Origin: Patescibacteria group bacterium
Lineage (GTDB): Bacteria; Patescibacteriota; Patescibacteriia; UBA10025; JAHIVO01
Assembly: GCA_049325535.1 (NCBI GenBank)
Contig: JBMOKY010000001.1
Location: 299,386-363,385 of the forward strand
Reading direction: 5' to 3'
Length of the DNA: 64,000 nucleotides
Part shown: in pieces, positions 27,852-37,611 of the stretch
Position numbering within the stretch: position 1 is the first letter of the stretch
Layout: every line of letters begins with the position of its first letter
Made by a program: the position numbers and the translations under genes
The notes under the pieces: generated by a model
What the model saw: only the letters and a program-made list of their open reading frames with translations
Told to the model about the DNA's origin: nothing
Databases searched by the model: none

Positions 27852-28799
27852 TTAGGGCAGATATTCGGTATTGAACGTTATCTGACTGATGAGAAAGAGG
27901 ACATAGATCCCAAACAGGATGAACCCTTCCAAGCGTGATAGTTTTCTCCCCGTCCGGTAAAAAATGACGATCAAAACGAGCGTGACGATGATGGCGCCTG
28001 CTGCCAGAAAAAAAGAGGTGCGCGGCACGACGGTGATCGGGGTCCAGAGGGCGATACCCCCGAGAACCCATATATTTGTGGCGGCTGAGCCGAGCAGGTG
28101 ACTGATGGACAGATCGCTCGCTCTTTTGCGCCATGATTTGATGGTAATGATGAGTTCCGGGAGGTTTGTGCCGAGTGAAAAGATAAGCAAACCGATGAGG
28201 AAGGGGGGTATGTCAAATCGGTGCAGCAGATCGACGGTGATGTCGACGATGAAATGCGAAGCCAGGATGACCACGGCAATGCCGGCAATAATTTTTACTA
28301 GGTCAATCATGATTTTGCTTTCACGTATGAAAATCAGACGAAAATCAGGCAGCGAGTGCTGATTCCGATAGAGCAGGTATATCATCACCGGGTAGAGGCC
28401 AAACAAAATAATTCCCTCATACAGCCGGTACGACCCGTCTGCACCGGCGAGGATCCCGGTCAGCAAATATCCGGCCAGGGGAAGTATATTGCGCATCTTG
28501 CCGTCAGTGTGGATTGATCGATTGACGATTGCGCCAATGCCGAGAATGCAGCATATGATAACTAACACCCCGCCCATAAGGTTGCCGACTGACAAATTAG
28601 GCACGTCATCAAAGAGCGAATTGATGCTGACCGCGATTTCCGGCATGCTGGTCATCAGCCCTAAAATCAATCCCACCACAAAAAGAGGCAGGGCCAGTTT
28701 TTTTGAGATGATTTGGGCGTTTTCCACCAATACATCCGCCCCCTTTCCGAGGGCGTAAAAGAGTGGAATCAGCGCTAGGAGGGCGAGGTAGGTCGGCAT
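27852..28799 (-). CDS. CaCA family sodium/calcium antiporter
   Basis: Alpha-repeat signatures TSMPEIAVS and GTNLPELII; about 10 TM. Confidence 0.85.
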   Translation of the reverse strand: MPTYLALLALIPLFYALGKGADVLVENAQIISKKLALPLFVVGLILGLMTSMPEIAVSINSLFDDVPNLSVGNLMGGVLVIICCILGIGAIVNRSIHTDGKMRNILPLAGYLLTGILAGADGSYRLYEGIILFGLYPVMIYLLYRNQHSLPDFRLIFIRESKIMIDLVKIIAGIAVVILASHFIVDITVDLLHRFDIPPFLIGLLIFSLGTNLPELIITIKSWRKRASDLSISHLLGSAATNIWVLGGIALWTPITVVPRTSFFLAAGAIIVTLVLIVIFYRTGRKLSRLEGFILFGIYVLFLISQITFNTEYLP

Positions 28800-28904
28800 A
28801 GGTAATGTCTTACAGTAAGTATATCATATATAGTGGCGGATTGATTTTTTTCATATTTTGTGCTAGTATTACCGTAGAATTAACAAATTTTTAGCAATAA
28901 TGAT

Positions 28905-29177
28905 ATGGAACGCGGCGAAATGTCCATGGAGCAGATGGCTGAGAAGCCAAAAGTATACGATCTGACCAAAGCCGAGTGGGATACGTTAATACATAGTGAC
29001 GTTCAAAGTCCTGAATTTCAGGCAGTTCAGCAGGAAAAAGGCATTGAGTTTTCTGACCATTTTTTCTTTCGGGTTGATGGTGGTGATATACGGGTGGTAA
29101 CTGGTACGGCTGAGGATTTCGGTACCGCATCTGATGATCCTGAAATGAATCAGTCGCTCCTGAAGCAGGTAGAGTAA
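28905..29177 (+). CDS. small acidic hypothetical protein
   Basis: 90-aa ORF, no motif. Confidence 0.4.
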   Translation: MERGEMSMEQMAEKPKVYDLTKAEWDTLIHSDVQSPEFQAVQQEKGIEFSDHFFFRVDGGDIRVVTGTAEDFGTASDDPEMNQSLLKQVE

Positions 29178-29295
29178 CGAAATGCATAATCAGAAATATC
29201 GCTCATGCCGGCATGGGCGATATTTTGATGTGTGGGTATTTTGATTTTTTTTGATTTTTGTGCTATACTATAATCGTTCTGATTAAACAAACACA

Positions 29296-29919
29296 ATGGT
29301 AGCATTTATACCCACGGCATTTGCGCAGGAAGCGGGCTCGGCGGCCGTCCAGTCGGCGAATTTTATGCAGACCGTCGATTGGACCAGGCCAACCTGGGAT
29401 TTGTTTATTATCCTATTTTTTATAGTGGCGGCATTCCTCTATGGTTTGTCGCTTGGGCGTGATCGGATCATTGTTATACTGATCAGTTTGTATGTGTCCC
29501 TGGCTCTCGTCGACCATGCACCGTTTCTCAATTCACCGGCGCTGCAGGATTGGCTGAATAATTTTCTGGGTCAGTTTTTTGTGGTGCAGATTTCAGCGTT
29601 TTTATTCATTTTCATATTTCTGTTCGTGGTGATTACCCGGTCAGCACTGATGCGTTCGATCGGTTCGGCGGATACCGCCGGCCCATGGTGGCAGGTGCTT
29701 TTATTCAGCGTGATGCATGTTGGTCTGCTGGTCAGTATCATCATTTCCTATTTGCCCGCGGAAACTGTCACCGATGTCCTGGCCCCACTGACCAAGCAGG
29801 TATTTGCCACCGAATCGGCTCAATCATTTTGGATCCTGGCGCCCATCGTGCTGCTGTTTGTATTGAAAGGCACCGGCGCTAAGAAACGAAAAGTCCGCGA
29901 GCAGGCAGATGAGACGTAG
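29296..29919 (+). CDS. hypothetical membrane protein with signal peptide
   Basis: MVAFIPTAFAQEAGS signal then several TM. Confidence 0.5.
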   Translation: MVAFIPTAFAQEAGSAAVQSANFMQTVDWTRPTWDLFIILFFIVAAFLYGLSLGRDRIIVILISLYVSLALVDHAPFLNSPALQDWLNNFLGQFFVVQISAFLFIFIFLFVVITRSALMRSIGSADTAGPWWQVLLFSVMHVGLLVSIIISYLPAETVTDVLAPLTKQVFATESAQSFWILAPIVLLFVLKGTGAKKRKVREQADET

Positions 29920-30045
29920 TTCTCAGCAACACCCAAACGGTTGTCCGTACGTTCGTTTCTGCTTAAGGATCTGCGACGTTGTCCTTGTTTTCCTATAGTT
30001 GCACGCTTCGCCTAAGGTACATGCGATGTAGGACATTTCGTTATT

Positions 30046-30672
30046 ATGGAATACACCATCACTACCGCAGAACTGAAACAGCGAGAAGGTAACCGCTATC
30101 GCATGGCAGCCGCTCTTACGGTGTTTCCGGTGCTTTTTGCGCTGACCATGACGTACGTGGCTGGTGGGCAGGGTGCTTTCATCATCTCAGTAGGAGTAGT
30201 CGGGGCCATACTCCTGCTTCTTTTGGGGTACTATCGACGGCAACTGCGCGACCGGCATGTGACACTGACACCCGATGGCGTGACAATCCGATCTGACGAA
30301 GTCAGGGAGTATCATGCCTGGACGGAGTTTAATTTTTTTATGGGTATCGTGGAATATGTGGATCAGTTCGGCGGTCCGCGGTACCGGGCATCGGAGGTGC
30401 GCGGGACGAGACTGATGAAGAAGAGTCACGGTAATGTGTTTAAACTCATGTACAAAAACCAACCATGGTATTTGGGCACTCGGGCCTTTACCCTGTATGC
30501 CGAGCCAGAGAACAGCGGGCAGGTGGAAACATTTATCCGTCAGTATGTGCCGCTCTACGATCCGTTGCATCCGCCCGTGCTGACTATTTCACAAAAATTG
30601 GTCAAATATGGCCAATTCTTGCTGATAGCCGCATATGCCATACTGATACTCATCGTGTTAATTTTCTCATGA
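30046..30672 (+). CDS. hypothetical membrane protein (possible bacterial PH-like domain)
   Basis: Two TM hairpin then soluble domain, C-terminal TM. Confidence 0.5.
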   Translation: MEYTITTAELKQREGNRYRMAAALTVFPVLFALTMTYVAGGQGAFIISVGVVGAILLLLLGYYRRQLRDRHVTLTPDGVTIRSDEVREYHAWTEFNFFMGIVEYVDQFGGPRYRASEVRGTRLMKKSHGNVFKLMYKNQPWYLGTRAFTLYAEPENSGQVETFIRQYVPLYDPLHPPVLTISQKLVKYGQFLLIAAYAILILIVLIFS

Positions 30673-30694
30673 GGTGATTTTTACTCTTTGTATG

Positions 30695-30730
30695 CAAAAC
30701 CCCCGGAGCATGATGAACCGGGGGTTTTTG
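30695..30730. terminator. bidirectional terminator between convergent genes
   Basis: aaaacccccgg-N10-ccgggggtttt with A-run on one side and T-run on the other. Confidence 0.6.
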
Positions 30731-30748
30731 AGTACGGCAGGTGGTGTA

Positions 30749-32008
30749 TTACTGCGCGTCTGGTGAGACCGGGGCGGCGATACAGCAGGCGTGTTTTGGG
30801 TACTTCACACAGTTGACACTGGCGCAGCTGTTGGTGGTGCCGCAGCTGACTGCTTGGGTCAGCGTCATATCGCTGTATGGTTTGCCATTTTTGTCATAAA
30901 AATAGACGAACCATTCGTCATCCTGCAGCTGTTTGCCGGGCAGACAGAGGTTTTTCGTGCCGAGATCGCTGGTGACGGTGAGCGTAGCTTCGGGTAGTGT
31001 CGTGGTGTCACCGGTGGCATTGGTACCCAAAATAAATAGCGGTGCTCGGTGGCCCAATACGTCTGCTGCCATATCGGTAAATCCATCAGCGGTGTTGAAT
31101 AATCCCAGGACAGTCGCCCATGATTTTGCCATTACCAGATTTGAATACTGGCCGAGGTCTATTGTTCTATTGGCACTCACGGCGGTGAGGTCATTTGGCG
31201 CGTACCCTTTGGCGATTTGCGCCGCACAGTCCACAGTATTTACCCGGTGGAGCAGCGCCGCATCGGTATATACATTGCCAGCGTCAGACACATAATAGCG
31301 GGTTGCAGTACTTCCGGCACAGCCGGGTATGGTCGAATCGTACTGCCATTGGTTCTCGGTACAGATATAGCACCCGTTAATTTGACCCTCGGTACAGGTG
31401 TTGGTATTCACGTTGACTTGAGCGTGTGCGGTGGGAAGCCAGCGAGGAGCCTGGGACTCCGGAGCAACCGTGACTGAGGCGGTTGTTTTTTCCGGTATAC
31501 ACACCATGGTTGGGGTGCCGATATATACTTGTGCGTTCGCCGTCGGGATACCCGGAATGGCTTGCGCGGACGGGGCGTTGTTCACAATACCAAGAGAGAG
31601 GAGGGTGGCCGGGTGTGTTGTGGTGGTAAAATCAACCACGATGGCACGCGCTGTGGCACTGGGGCTGCCCGCAATATATTCATATGATCCATTGTCATCC
31701 GTATAGGCTCCAAACTGCGTGGTTATATTCCCACTGGCATCAGCTCCGCTGATGATGATGTCCGATGACGCATCCTCAACCCCAGCGCTTGGCGGGTTGC
31801 CTGAAACTTGCATGGTGTGTACCGCAGTCGCGTACAGCGGCTGGGCTGTCGACACCGGCGATTCTTCCGGTTCGGCGACCGTGCTCACCGATTGTGAGAT
31901 TGACATGATAAACCCCATGCCCACTGCAAACGCGCCGATCATGCCGGTGACGAGTAGGACGGCAGCGCGCGTATCAGTAGCAAGCTGGGTCTTGGTTGTT
32001 TGTTCCAT
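30749..32008 (-). CDS. membrane-anchored Cys-rich secreted hypothetical protein, paralog of 32171..33526
   Basis: N-terminal TM anchor, Thr/Ala/Gly-rich extracellular region, C-terminal Cys cluster (CIAAP, NCVKYPKHACC). Confidence 0.6.
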   Translation of the reverse strand: MEQTTKTQLATDTRAAVLLVTGMIGAFAVGMGFIMSISQSVSTVAEPEESPVSTAQPLYATAVHTMQVSGNPPSAGVEDASSDIIISGADASGNITTQFGAYTDDNGSYEYIAGSPSATARAIVVDFTTTTHPATLLSLGIVNNAPSAQAIPGIPTANAQVYIGTPTMVCIPEKTTASVTVAPESQAPRWLPTAHAQVNVNTNTCTEGQINGCYICTENQWQYDSTIPGCAGSTATRYYVSDAGNVYTDAALLHRVNTVDCAAQIAKGYAPNDLTAVSANRTIDLGQYSNLVMAKSWATVLGLFNTADGFTDMAADVLGHRAPLFILGTNATGDTTTLPEATLTVTSDLGTKNLCLPGKQLQDDEWFVYFYDKNGKPYSDMTLTQAVSCGTTNSCASVNCVKYPKHACCIAAPVSPDAQ

Positions 32009-32110
32009 AAGACCTTCTTATTACGAATTAATTATGAGATGATTTTTATTTTCTTACCTAAGCATAGCATAAAAAAGCGGTTTTGTATAGATAGATTGTA
32101 CTTTTGTATT

Positions 32111-32142
32111 AACAAAACCCCGGCTTTTTATTAGTCGGGGTT
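32111..32142 (-). terminator. rho-independent terminator of 32171..33526
   Basis: aaccccg-loop-cggggtt followed by TTTTGTT on minus strand. Confidence 0.55.
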
Positions 32143-32170
32143 GATTGCTGATTAACGATATAGGATTCAT

Positions 32171-33526
32171 CTAGGAGCAGGGAACAGGATTCTGGAGCAA
32201 ATTATCACTGTATGGCTTGCCATCCATATCGTAGAAATAATCGACATAACCCATGTCTTCGGTATCAAATACAGTCACGGTAGAGGCGGGTACGCACAGG
32301 CTGAGATTGCCCGCATCGCTTTCCAGGCTGATGAGCCGTTCGTCAGTTTGGATAATATCTCCCGTATCATTTTTCAAATGGACGATTAATGGGGACCGGC
32401 TATTGACGAGCCCGTTCCATTCGCCCGATTCAGAGCTGGTACTATCGGAAGCGAAGGTGCGCACTATGCCGTTATCTTTGATCAATTGTACGGAGAAGCC
32501 ATTTTTAGGTTCCGCAAGAAATGGTTGTGCTACGGTAGCCAGACTGATAGTCTGCGGGGAAAATGATCGGGCTACTATGCTGTGGCACGATTCACTGATT
32601 GCCTGATGTTGCAACAATGGGTCGGTATAGGGAGTGCCCAGCGTATCAAAGAAATACGATAGTGCGGGAGCCCTGCCCAGTACAGCTGTCTCGGGAATGC
32701 AGAGCGTCTGGACTCCGGCAAATGTTTCGTATTTTATTGTCCGCGCGGGGAATGTTACATCATTTTCGTTGCTGTGGAAAAAGATTTCCAATGGCGATCG
32801 TGACACTTCCTGGGAATTTGTATTGTCTGATCGGAAAACATCTTCGTCAAAGCGGTAGTGGAATTGTTGGACGCCATTGTGCTCAAAAGCAATGGTCAGT
32901 ATTGAAGCGGTCAGGTAGGGGTAAAACGTGTTTGGTGCCACATGATAGGCTATGCCTGGATTGTAAGCTCTTTGCTTTACATCCATACAGTCGGTCAGGG
33001 CGGGCTCGCTCAGATCATATGAACCATAGGCGTTCCCGAGGGCATCGAACCAGAGAAACTGATGATTCGTATTTCCCGGGGCACAGACGGTATTGGTTAT
33101 CTGGCCATTGGTCGTGATAGTGGCCAAATAGGCTGGCTCGCTATTGTAGGGAACGTGTTCACGGGCGATTGCCAGTCGGTATTTAGTGGCATACGCCGCT
33201 CCGTCGTCGTAGGTACCATCAACGAATCGGCCGAGTGGTTCATAGTAGCTGGGGGAATGACTGGCATCCGTGGCATAGAGAGCTAGACTGGTGTTTTGAT
33301 GGGCAGCCGTAGTCAGTCCGCCACTGATGATATCCATCACTGTCAGCGGTTTTTTGATAATCAATATTTGCGGTGGTTGGTCAATGAGATCAAGCCGAAG
33401 CAGCGCCATGGCGAGAGTCGCACCGACGGCAAAGGCACTCATCATGCCAATACCTAAAATAATCCGTGTTTTCGTGTCCACGGCCTGGGTCGTAGCGGTC
33501 TGCGTGAGGGTAGTTTGGCCCTTCAT
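32171..33526 (-). CDS. membrane-anchored secreted hypothetical protein, paralog of 30749..32008
   Basis: Same N-terminal architecture; conserved upstream TTTTCTTAyCTAAGyATAGCAyAAAAAG block. Confidence 0.6.
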   Translation of the reverse strand: MKGQTTLTQTATTQAVDTKTRIILGIGMMSAFAVGATLAMALLRLDLIDQPPQILIIKKPLTVMDIISGGLTTAAHQNTSLALYATDASHSPSYYEPLGRFVDGTYDDGAAYATKYRLAIAREHVPYNSEPAYLATITTNGQITNTVCAPGNTNHQFLWFDALGNAYGSYDLSEPALTDCMDVKQRAYNPGIAYHVAPNTFYPYLTASILTIAFEHNGVQQFHYRFDEDVFRSDNTNSQEVSRSPLEIFFHSNENDVTFPARTIKYETFAGVQTLCIPETAVLGRAPALSYFFDTLGTPYTDPLLQHQAISESCHSIVARSFSPQTISLATVAQPFLAEPKNGFSVQLIKDNGIVRTFASDSTSSESGEWNGLVNSRSPLIVHLKNDTGDIIQTDERLISLESDAGNLSLCVPASTVTVFDTEDMGYVDYFYDMDGKPYSDNLLQNPVPCS

Positions 33527-33632
33527 ACGCGTATTCCTTTATATTTAATACTAATTTTTGTTTTCTTATCTAAGTATAGCACAAAAAGAGCTGTTTGTCC
33601 ATCTACATTCGCTGGTTTTGGGAGTTTCTAGG

Positions 33633-34505
33633 CTATCGCCAGATAAGGATCATCGCCACACCAATGAGCATAATGCATCCGGCCAGCAGCCGATGACGGT
33701 AGCCGGCCTCTTTGAAATATATAGCGCCGATGCCGATACCGCCCAGTATTGATCCTGCCCGTTTGATGGTGATGACATACGGTACCAGAATGAGCTGGAT
33801 AGCATACATCTGGAGCAGGGTAGCGGTCCCGGTTAGCAGGCCGGTAAGTACCAGCGCCCGAACATTACCCGTGAATCCTGCGCGGAAAGATATGTTTCGC
33901 CGGAGTAAAATGTAGCCGGTAAATAAAATAAGCGAAGCCACTTCTGATACCAGCAAGTAAAACATGGGGGAGGAGTGGTCGATGCCGATTTTATCGAAAT
34001 TTGCCGTGACACTCCAGATGCCCGCAACTATCAGCGCGTACCAAGACCCACGTTCATGGATGAGGGAGCGTACGGGAGCCAGCCAGCCAGCCGCTCGTCC
34101 CTGAAAATGGATCAGATATGACCCGATGGTGACGATGCCGATTCCGAGCATACCCCATACACTGGGTACTTGGTCAAGGATAATCCACGATGTCAGGAGC
34201 ATGAAAACCGGACTAAACCCCAGAAATGGAATGGTGGCTGAAAGCGGCGAGATGTGGATGGCGCGTACTAGGAGGACACTGGAAAAAATAAATAATGGAA
34301 CGCTGACGGCAATGACATACCAAAATGGTTCCGTGACCGTGGGGATGCCCTGCACCACCACGCCTGCGACAAATATTGGTATAGAAAAACATACCGCGCT
34401 CCAATATATCACATAGATATGCGTCCGGTCAGTCAAAAATTTTTGTACGCCATCCCTCGCCGTAAAAAGCGCTGCGGCTATGATAGCCAGGGTGAAACCG
34501 AGCAT
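33633..34505 (-). CDS. DMT superfamily (EamA-like) transporter
   Basis: 10-TM, duplicated EamA halves; similar to 36703..37581. Confidence 0.75.
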   Translation of the reverse strand: MLGFTLAIIAAALFTARDGVQKFLTDRTHIYVIYWSAVCFSIPIFVAGVVVQGIPTVTEPFWYVIAVSVPLFIFSSVLLVRAIHISPLSATIPFLGFSPVFMLLTSWIILDQVPSVWGMLGIGIVTIGSYLIHFQGRAAGWLAPVRSLIHERGSWYALIVAGIWSVTANFDKIGIDHSSPMFYLLVSEVASLILFTGYILLRRNISFRAGFTGNVRALVLTGLLTGTATLLQMYAIQLILVPYVITIKRAGSILGGIGIGAIYFKEAGYRHRLLAGCIMLIGVAMILIWR

Positions 34506-35884
34506 TATCTTTTCTTTATCACCGGACCGGCCGGGGTATCATCCACGCGGAATCCGTTCTGTAGGATTTGATCGCGAAGGGCGTCCGCACCAGCAAAGTT
34601 CTTTTTCTCGCGGAGTTCTTCGCGTTGCTGAGCGAGATTGCGGATGTCGTCTGGCACTTCAATCGGCTGAGCGTCCTTCAGATTCAATCCCAGCACTTCG
34701 TCGAATTTGAGCAATGATGCTTTTTTGGCAGTAGGCGGGTTGTGTGATTTGAGCATATCCCAGACCACGGCTAGGGCCTGCGGCATGTTGAGGTCGTCAT
34801 TCACCGCATCCATAAATCGTTGCTCAAATTCAGCGCAGCCTGTTGTAGCTTCGCCCAAATCAGCCATGAGTGCCATCAGGTTTTCGTAGGCATTTTGGGC
34901 GGCCGCCAGCGCTTCCCAGGAGAATGTCAGCGGCTTGCGGTAGTGTGTACCCAATGTGAAATAACGGTAGGCGAGTGGGAGAATTCTATTCTTTTTGACA
35001 GTTTCGAGGGTAATGAAGTTACCGCCAGACTTTGCCATTTTCGTATCTTTGAGCACCAAGAATTCGCCGTGGATCCAGTATTTCACGAATTGTTTGCCCG
35101 TGACGGCCTCGGTCTGTGCGATTTCATTGGTATGGTGGATGGGGATGTGGTCGATACCGCCGCAGTGGATATCAAATTGTTCGCCGAGGTATTTTGCAGC
35201 CATGACTGAGCATTCCAAGTGCCAGCCGGGGAAGCCGGTGCCCCAGGGGCTCGGCCATTCCATTTGGCGTTTTTCGCCGGCGGGTGAAAATTTCCATAAT
35301 GCGAAATCTGTCGGGTGGCGCTTTTCGTCGTTTTTTTCCACCCGGGCGCCCTCCTGGAGTTTGCTCAAATTTTGACCGGTTAATTTGCCGTAGTCAGCAA
35401 GTTTGCCGGTGTCAAAATAGACGCCGTCGCTGGTGCGGTAGGTAAATCCTTTTTCTTCTAATTTTTTCACCCAGTCTATTTGTTCAGAAATATGGTCAGT
35501 GGCTTTCGCCCAGATATTTGGCTCCAGGATATTGAGCTCGCGCATGTTTTCTTTGAATGCGTCGGTATACAGCCGAGCTATATCCCATACGGATTTTTTT
35601 TGGGCAGCGGCGCTTTTTTCTATCTTATCGTCGCCGCTATCTGCGTCATCAGTGAGGTGACCGACGTCAGTGATATTCATGACATGGTTGACTGAATAAC
35701 CATCGGCGACCAATACCCGCTTCAGTATGTCCTCGAAAAGATAGGTACGCAAATTACCGATGTGAGCGAAATTGTACACCGTGGGGCCGCAGGTATACAG
35801 CCCGACTTGCTGGGCATGCCGCGGGGTAAAGGGTTCCTTTTTTCGTGTGAGCGTATTGTAGAGTCGCAACGTCATATGAGGCAA
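34505..35884 (-). CDS. cysS: cysteine--tRNA ligase
   Basis: CGPTVYNFAHIGN (HIGH motif), KMAKSGGN (KMSKS), class-I fold. Confidence 0.93.
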   Translation of the reverse strand: MPHMTLRLYNTLTRKKEPFTPRHAQQVGLYTCGPTVYNFAHIGNLRTYLFEDILKRVLVADGYSVNHVMNITDVGHLTDDADSGDDKIEKSAAAQKKSVWDIARLYTDAFKENMRELNILEPNIWAKATDHISEQIDWVKKLEEKGFTYRTSDGVYFDTGKLADYGKLTGQNLSKLQEGARVEKNDEKRHPTDFALWKFSPAGEKRQMEWPSPWGTGFPGWHLECSVMAAKYLGEQFDIHCGGIDHIPIHHTNEIAQTEAVTGKQFVKYWIHGEFLVLKDTKMAKSGGNFITLETVKKNRILPLAYRYFTLGTHYRKPLTFSWEALAAAQNAYENLMALMADLGEATTGCAEFEQRFMDAVNDDLNMPQALAVVWDMLKSHNPPTAKKASLLKFDEVLGLNLKDAQPIEVPDDIRNLAQQREELREKKNFAGADALRDQILQNGFRVDDTPAGPVIKKR

Positions 35885-35976
35885 TTGTAGCCTTTTTCAA
35901 GCCCGTCGGCAATCCGAAAAAAAAGATGGGAGCGGCATGCCGCGTCCCATCCTCGTTCACATGAATGTCGGTAATC

Positions 35977-36552
35977 TCAGGAACCGTCAGGTTTGATGCG
36001 AAAGAGCACTTGATCTTTGAGTACGGCTGAGCCGTTTGACACAAGTATTTCCACGATGGTGCCTCCGACTGGTGCCAGTATTTCATTGAATACCTTCATG
36101 GCTTCGATGATACAGACTGGCTGGTCGAGCGCGACATGGCTTTTTGGCGTGACATACGGCGGTGCGTCAGGAGCCGGCGCGGCGTAAAACGTTCCCGGCA
36201 AGAGCGCGGTTACCTCGACCAGGGTCGGATCGGCCGGTGCAGCGGTTTTTGGTGCGGCGACGCGGCAGTTGGTGATCACCGGTGCGTGCGCCGTTTCGAT
36301 AAGCATGAGCGGCTGGCCGAATTCTACCGGCTGTCCATCGCTTACCAGCAGATTGACTACCGTGCCGGGCACGTCCGCGATGACATCGTGACAGATGCCG
36401 AGCTGGGCGATTGAGCCGATTCGGTCGCCGATGCGGATTTGCGCGTGCACGCTGGTGCCGGTATGAAAAGTGCCCACAGTTTGCGAAATGATTGCGGCAA
36501 CGTATTTTGTCGTCGTAATCGGATTACCGGTATTCACCTTTTGTTCAGCCAT
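35977..36552 (-). CDS. biotin/lipoyl-attachment domain protein (BCCP-like), two tandem domains
   Basis: C-terminal domain has CIIEAMKVFNEI biotinyl-lysine motif; N-terminal domain degenerate. Confidence 0.7.
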   Translation of the reverse strand: MAEQKVNTGNPITTTKYVAAIISQTVGTFHTGTSVHAQIRIGDRIGSIAQLGICHDVIADVPGTVVNLLVSDGQPVEFGQPLMLIETAHAPVITNCRVAAPKTAAPADPTLVEVTALLPGTFYAAPAPDAPPYVTPKSHVALDQPVCIIEAMKVFNEILAPVGGTIVEILVSNGSAVLKDQVLFRIKPDGS

Positions 36553-36702
36553 AAACAGGCCTCCTGAGGTGAGTAATTGGGGGTAAGTACTAGAAAGTAC
36601 AGTTTAGATGTTCGGGAAAAAGACCGCCGCCAGCGTATCATGGCTGCCGGTGTTTGTCAATCGATACGGAGTTTACTTTCTCTCGCGTGATGCAAGCCAC
36701 TC

Positions 36703-37581
36703 CTATTGCCCGAAGACGAGGATAAAGAGGAGTCCGACAATAGTCACCAGCGCACCGCCAATGCGGTATCTGATATTATGCTCATGAAAAAAAGCCGCTC
36801 CCAGGACAATGCTTCCGGAAATGAGAAAGGCCCGCTTGATAGCGATGACATAGGAGACGAAGGTCGTCTGCAGCCCCATAAATACCAGAACGTCGGCGAT
36901 GACCGCCAGTCCGGCGATGATCAGGAGCAGCCGTGATTGGCGCCGGTGAAACGTCTGCACTATATCCTGCCGGCGTTTGCTGAGCATCCATACGTTCATG
37001 AATACAGCTTCAGCGATAATGGTGACACCGAGAAAAAACCACACACTGCTCTGACTGATCGCCATCTTGGCGAAGACCGCTGAGAAACTGTACATGAAGG
37101 CGATGGTCAGGATGTACAGGCTGGATCGGTGGGTGAAGATATCGCGGATGCGCCGCGTCAGTCCCTGGCGCAGCTCCTCACCTTTGAGCAGGATGGCGCC
37201 CAGGACGACCAGGAATATGCCCATCACCCCGTAGCTATTGGGCAGTTCTCCGAGCAGGAAGAATGATGTAAAAATGAGAAAGACGGGAGTGAAGGAAAGT
37301 AACGGGAGTGTCGTGGAGAGAGGCGCGATTTTTTCATCTTTGATGAGCAGGATATTACCGATGATGAGCAGGGGGGTATTGATACCGATGAGCAGCCAAA
37401 AATGAGGCCCTAGGTCAGGGATACCGGTGAATACTATATAGATGAGGTAGAGCGGCGCGGTCAGGCTGGCGATGGCCCAGAAAATCGCCGGGACCGGGAT
37501 GGTCTGGGTGGCTTTCTTTTTGAGGGCTTCGATGAGGGGGAAGAAGACCGCTCCCAGGATGACCAATACTAAACCGGGCAT
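36703..37581 (-). CDS. DMT superfamily (EamA-like) transporter
   Basis: 10 TM; paralogous to 33633..34505. Confidence 0.7.
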   Translation of the reverse strand: MPGLVLVILGAVFFPLIEALKKKATQTIPVPAIFWAIASLTAPLYLIYIVFTGIPDLGPHFWLLIGINTPLLIIGNILLIKDEKIAPLSTTLPLLSFTPVFLIFTSFFLLGELPNSYGVMGIFLVVLGAILLKGEELRQGLTRRIRDIFTHRSSLYILTIAFMYSFSAVFAKMAISQSSVWFFLGVTIIAEAVFMNVWMLSKRRQDIVQTFHRRQSRLLLIIAGLAVIADVLVFMGLQTTFVSYVIAIKRAFLISGSIVLGAAFFHEHNIRYRIGGALVTIVGLLFILVFGQ

Positions 37582-37611
37582 ACGGTGATGTTGGGTAGGT
37601 TATGAGATTGA

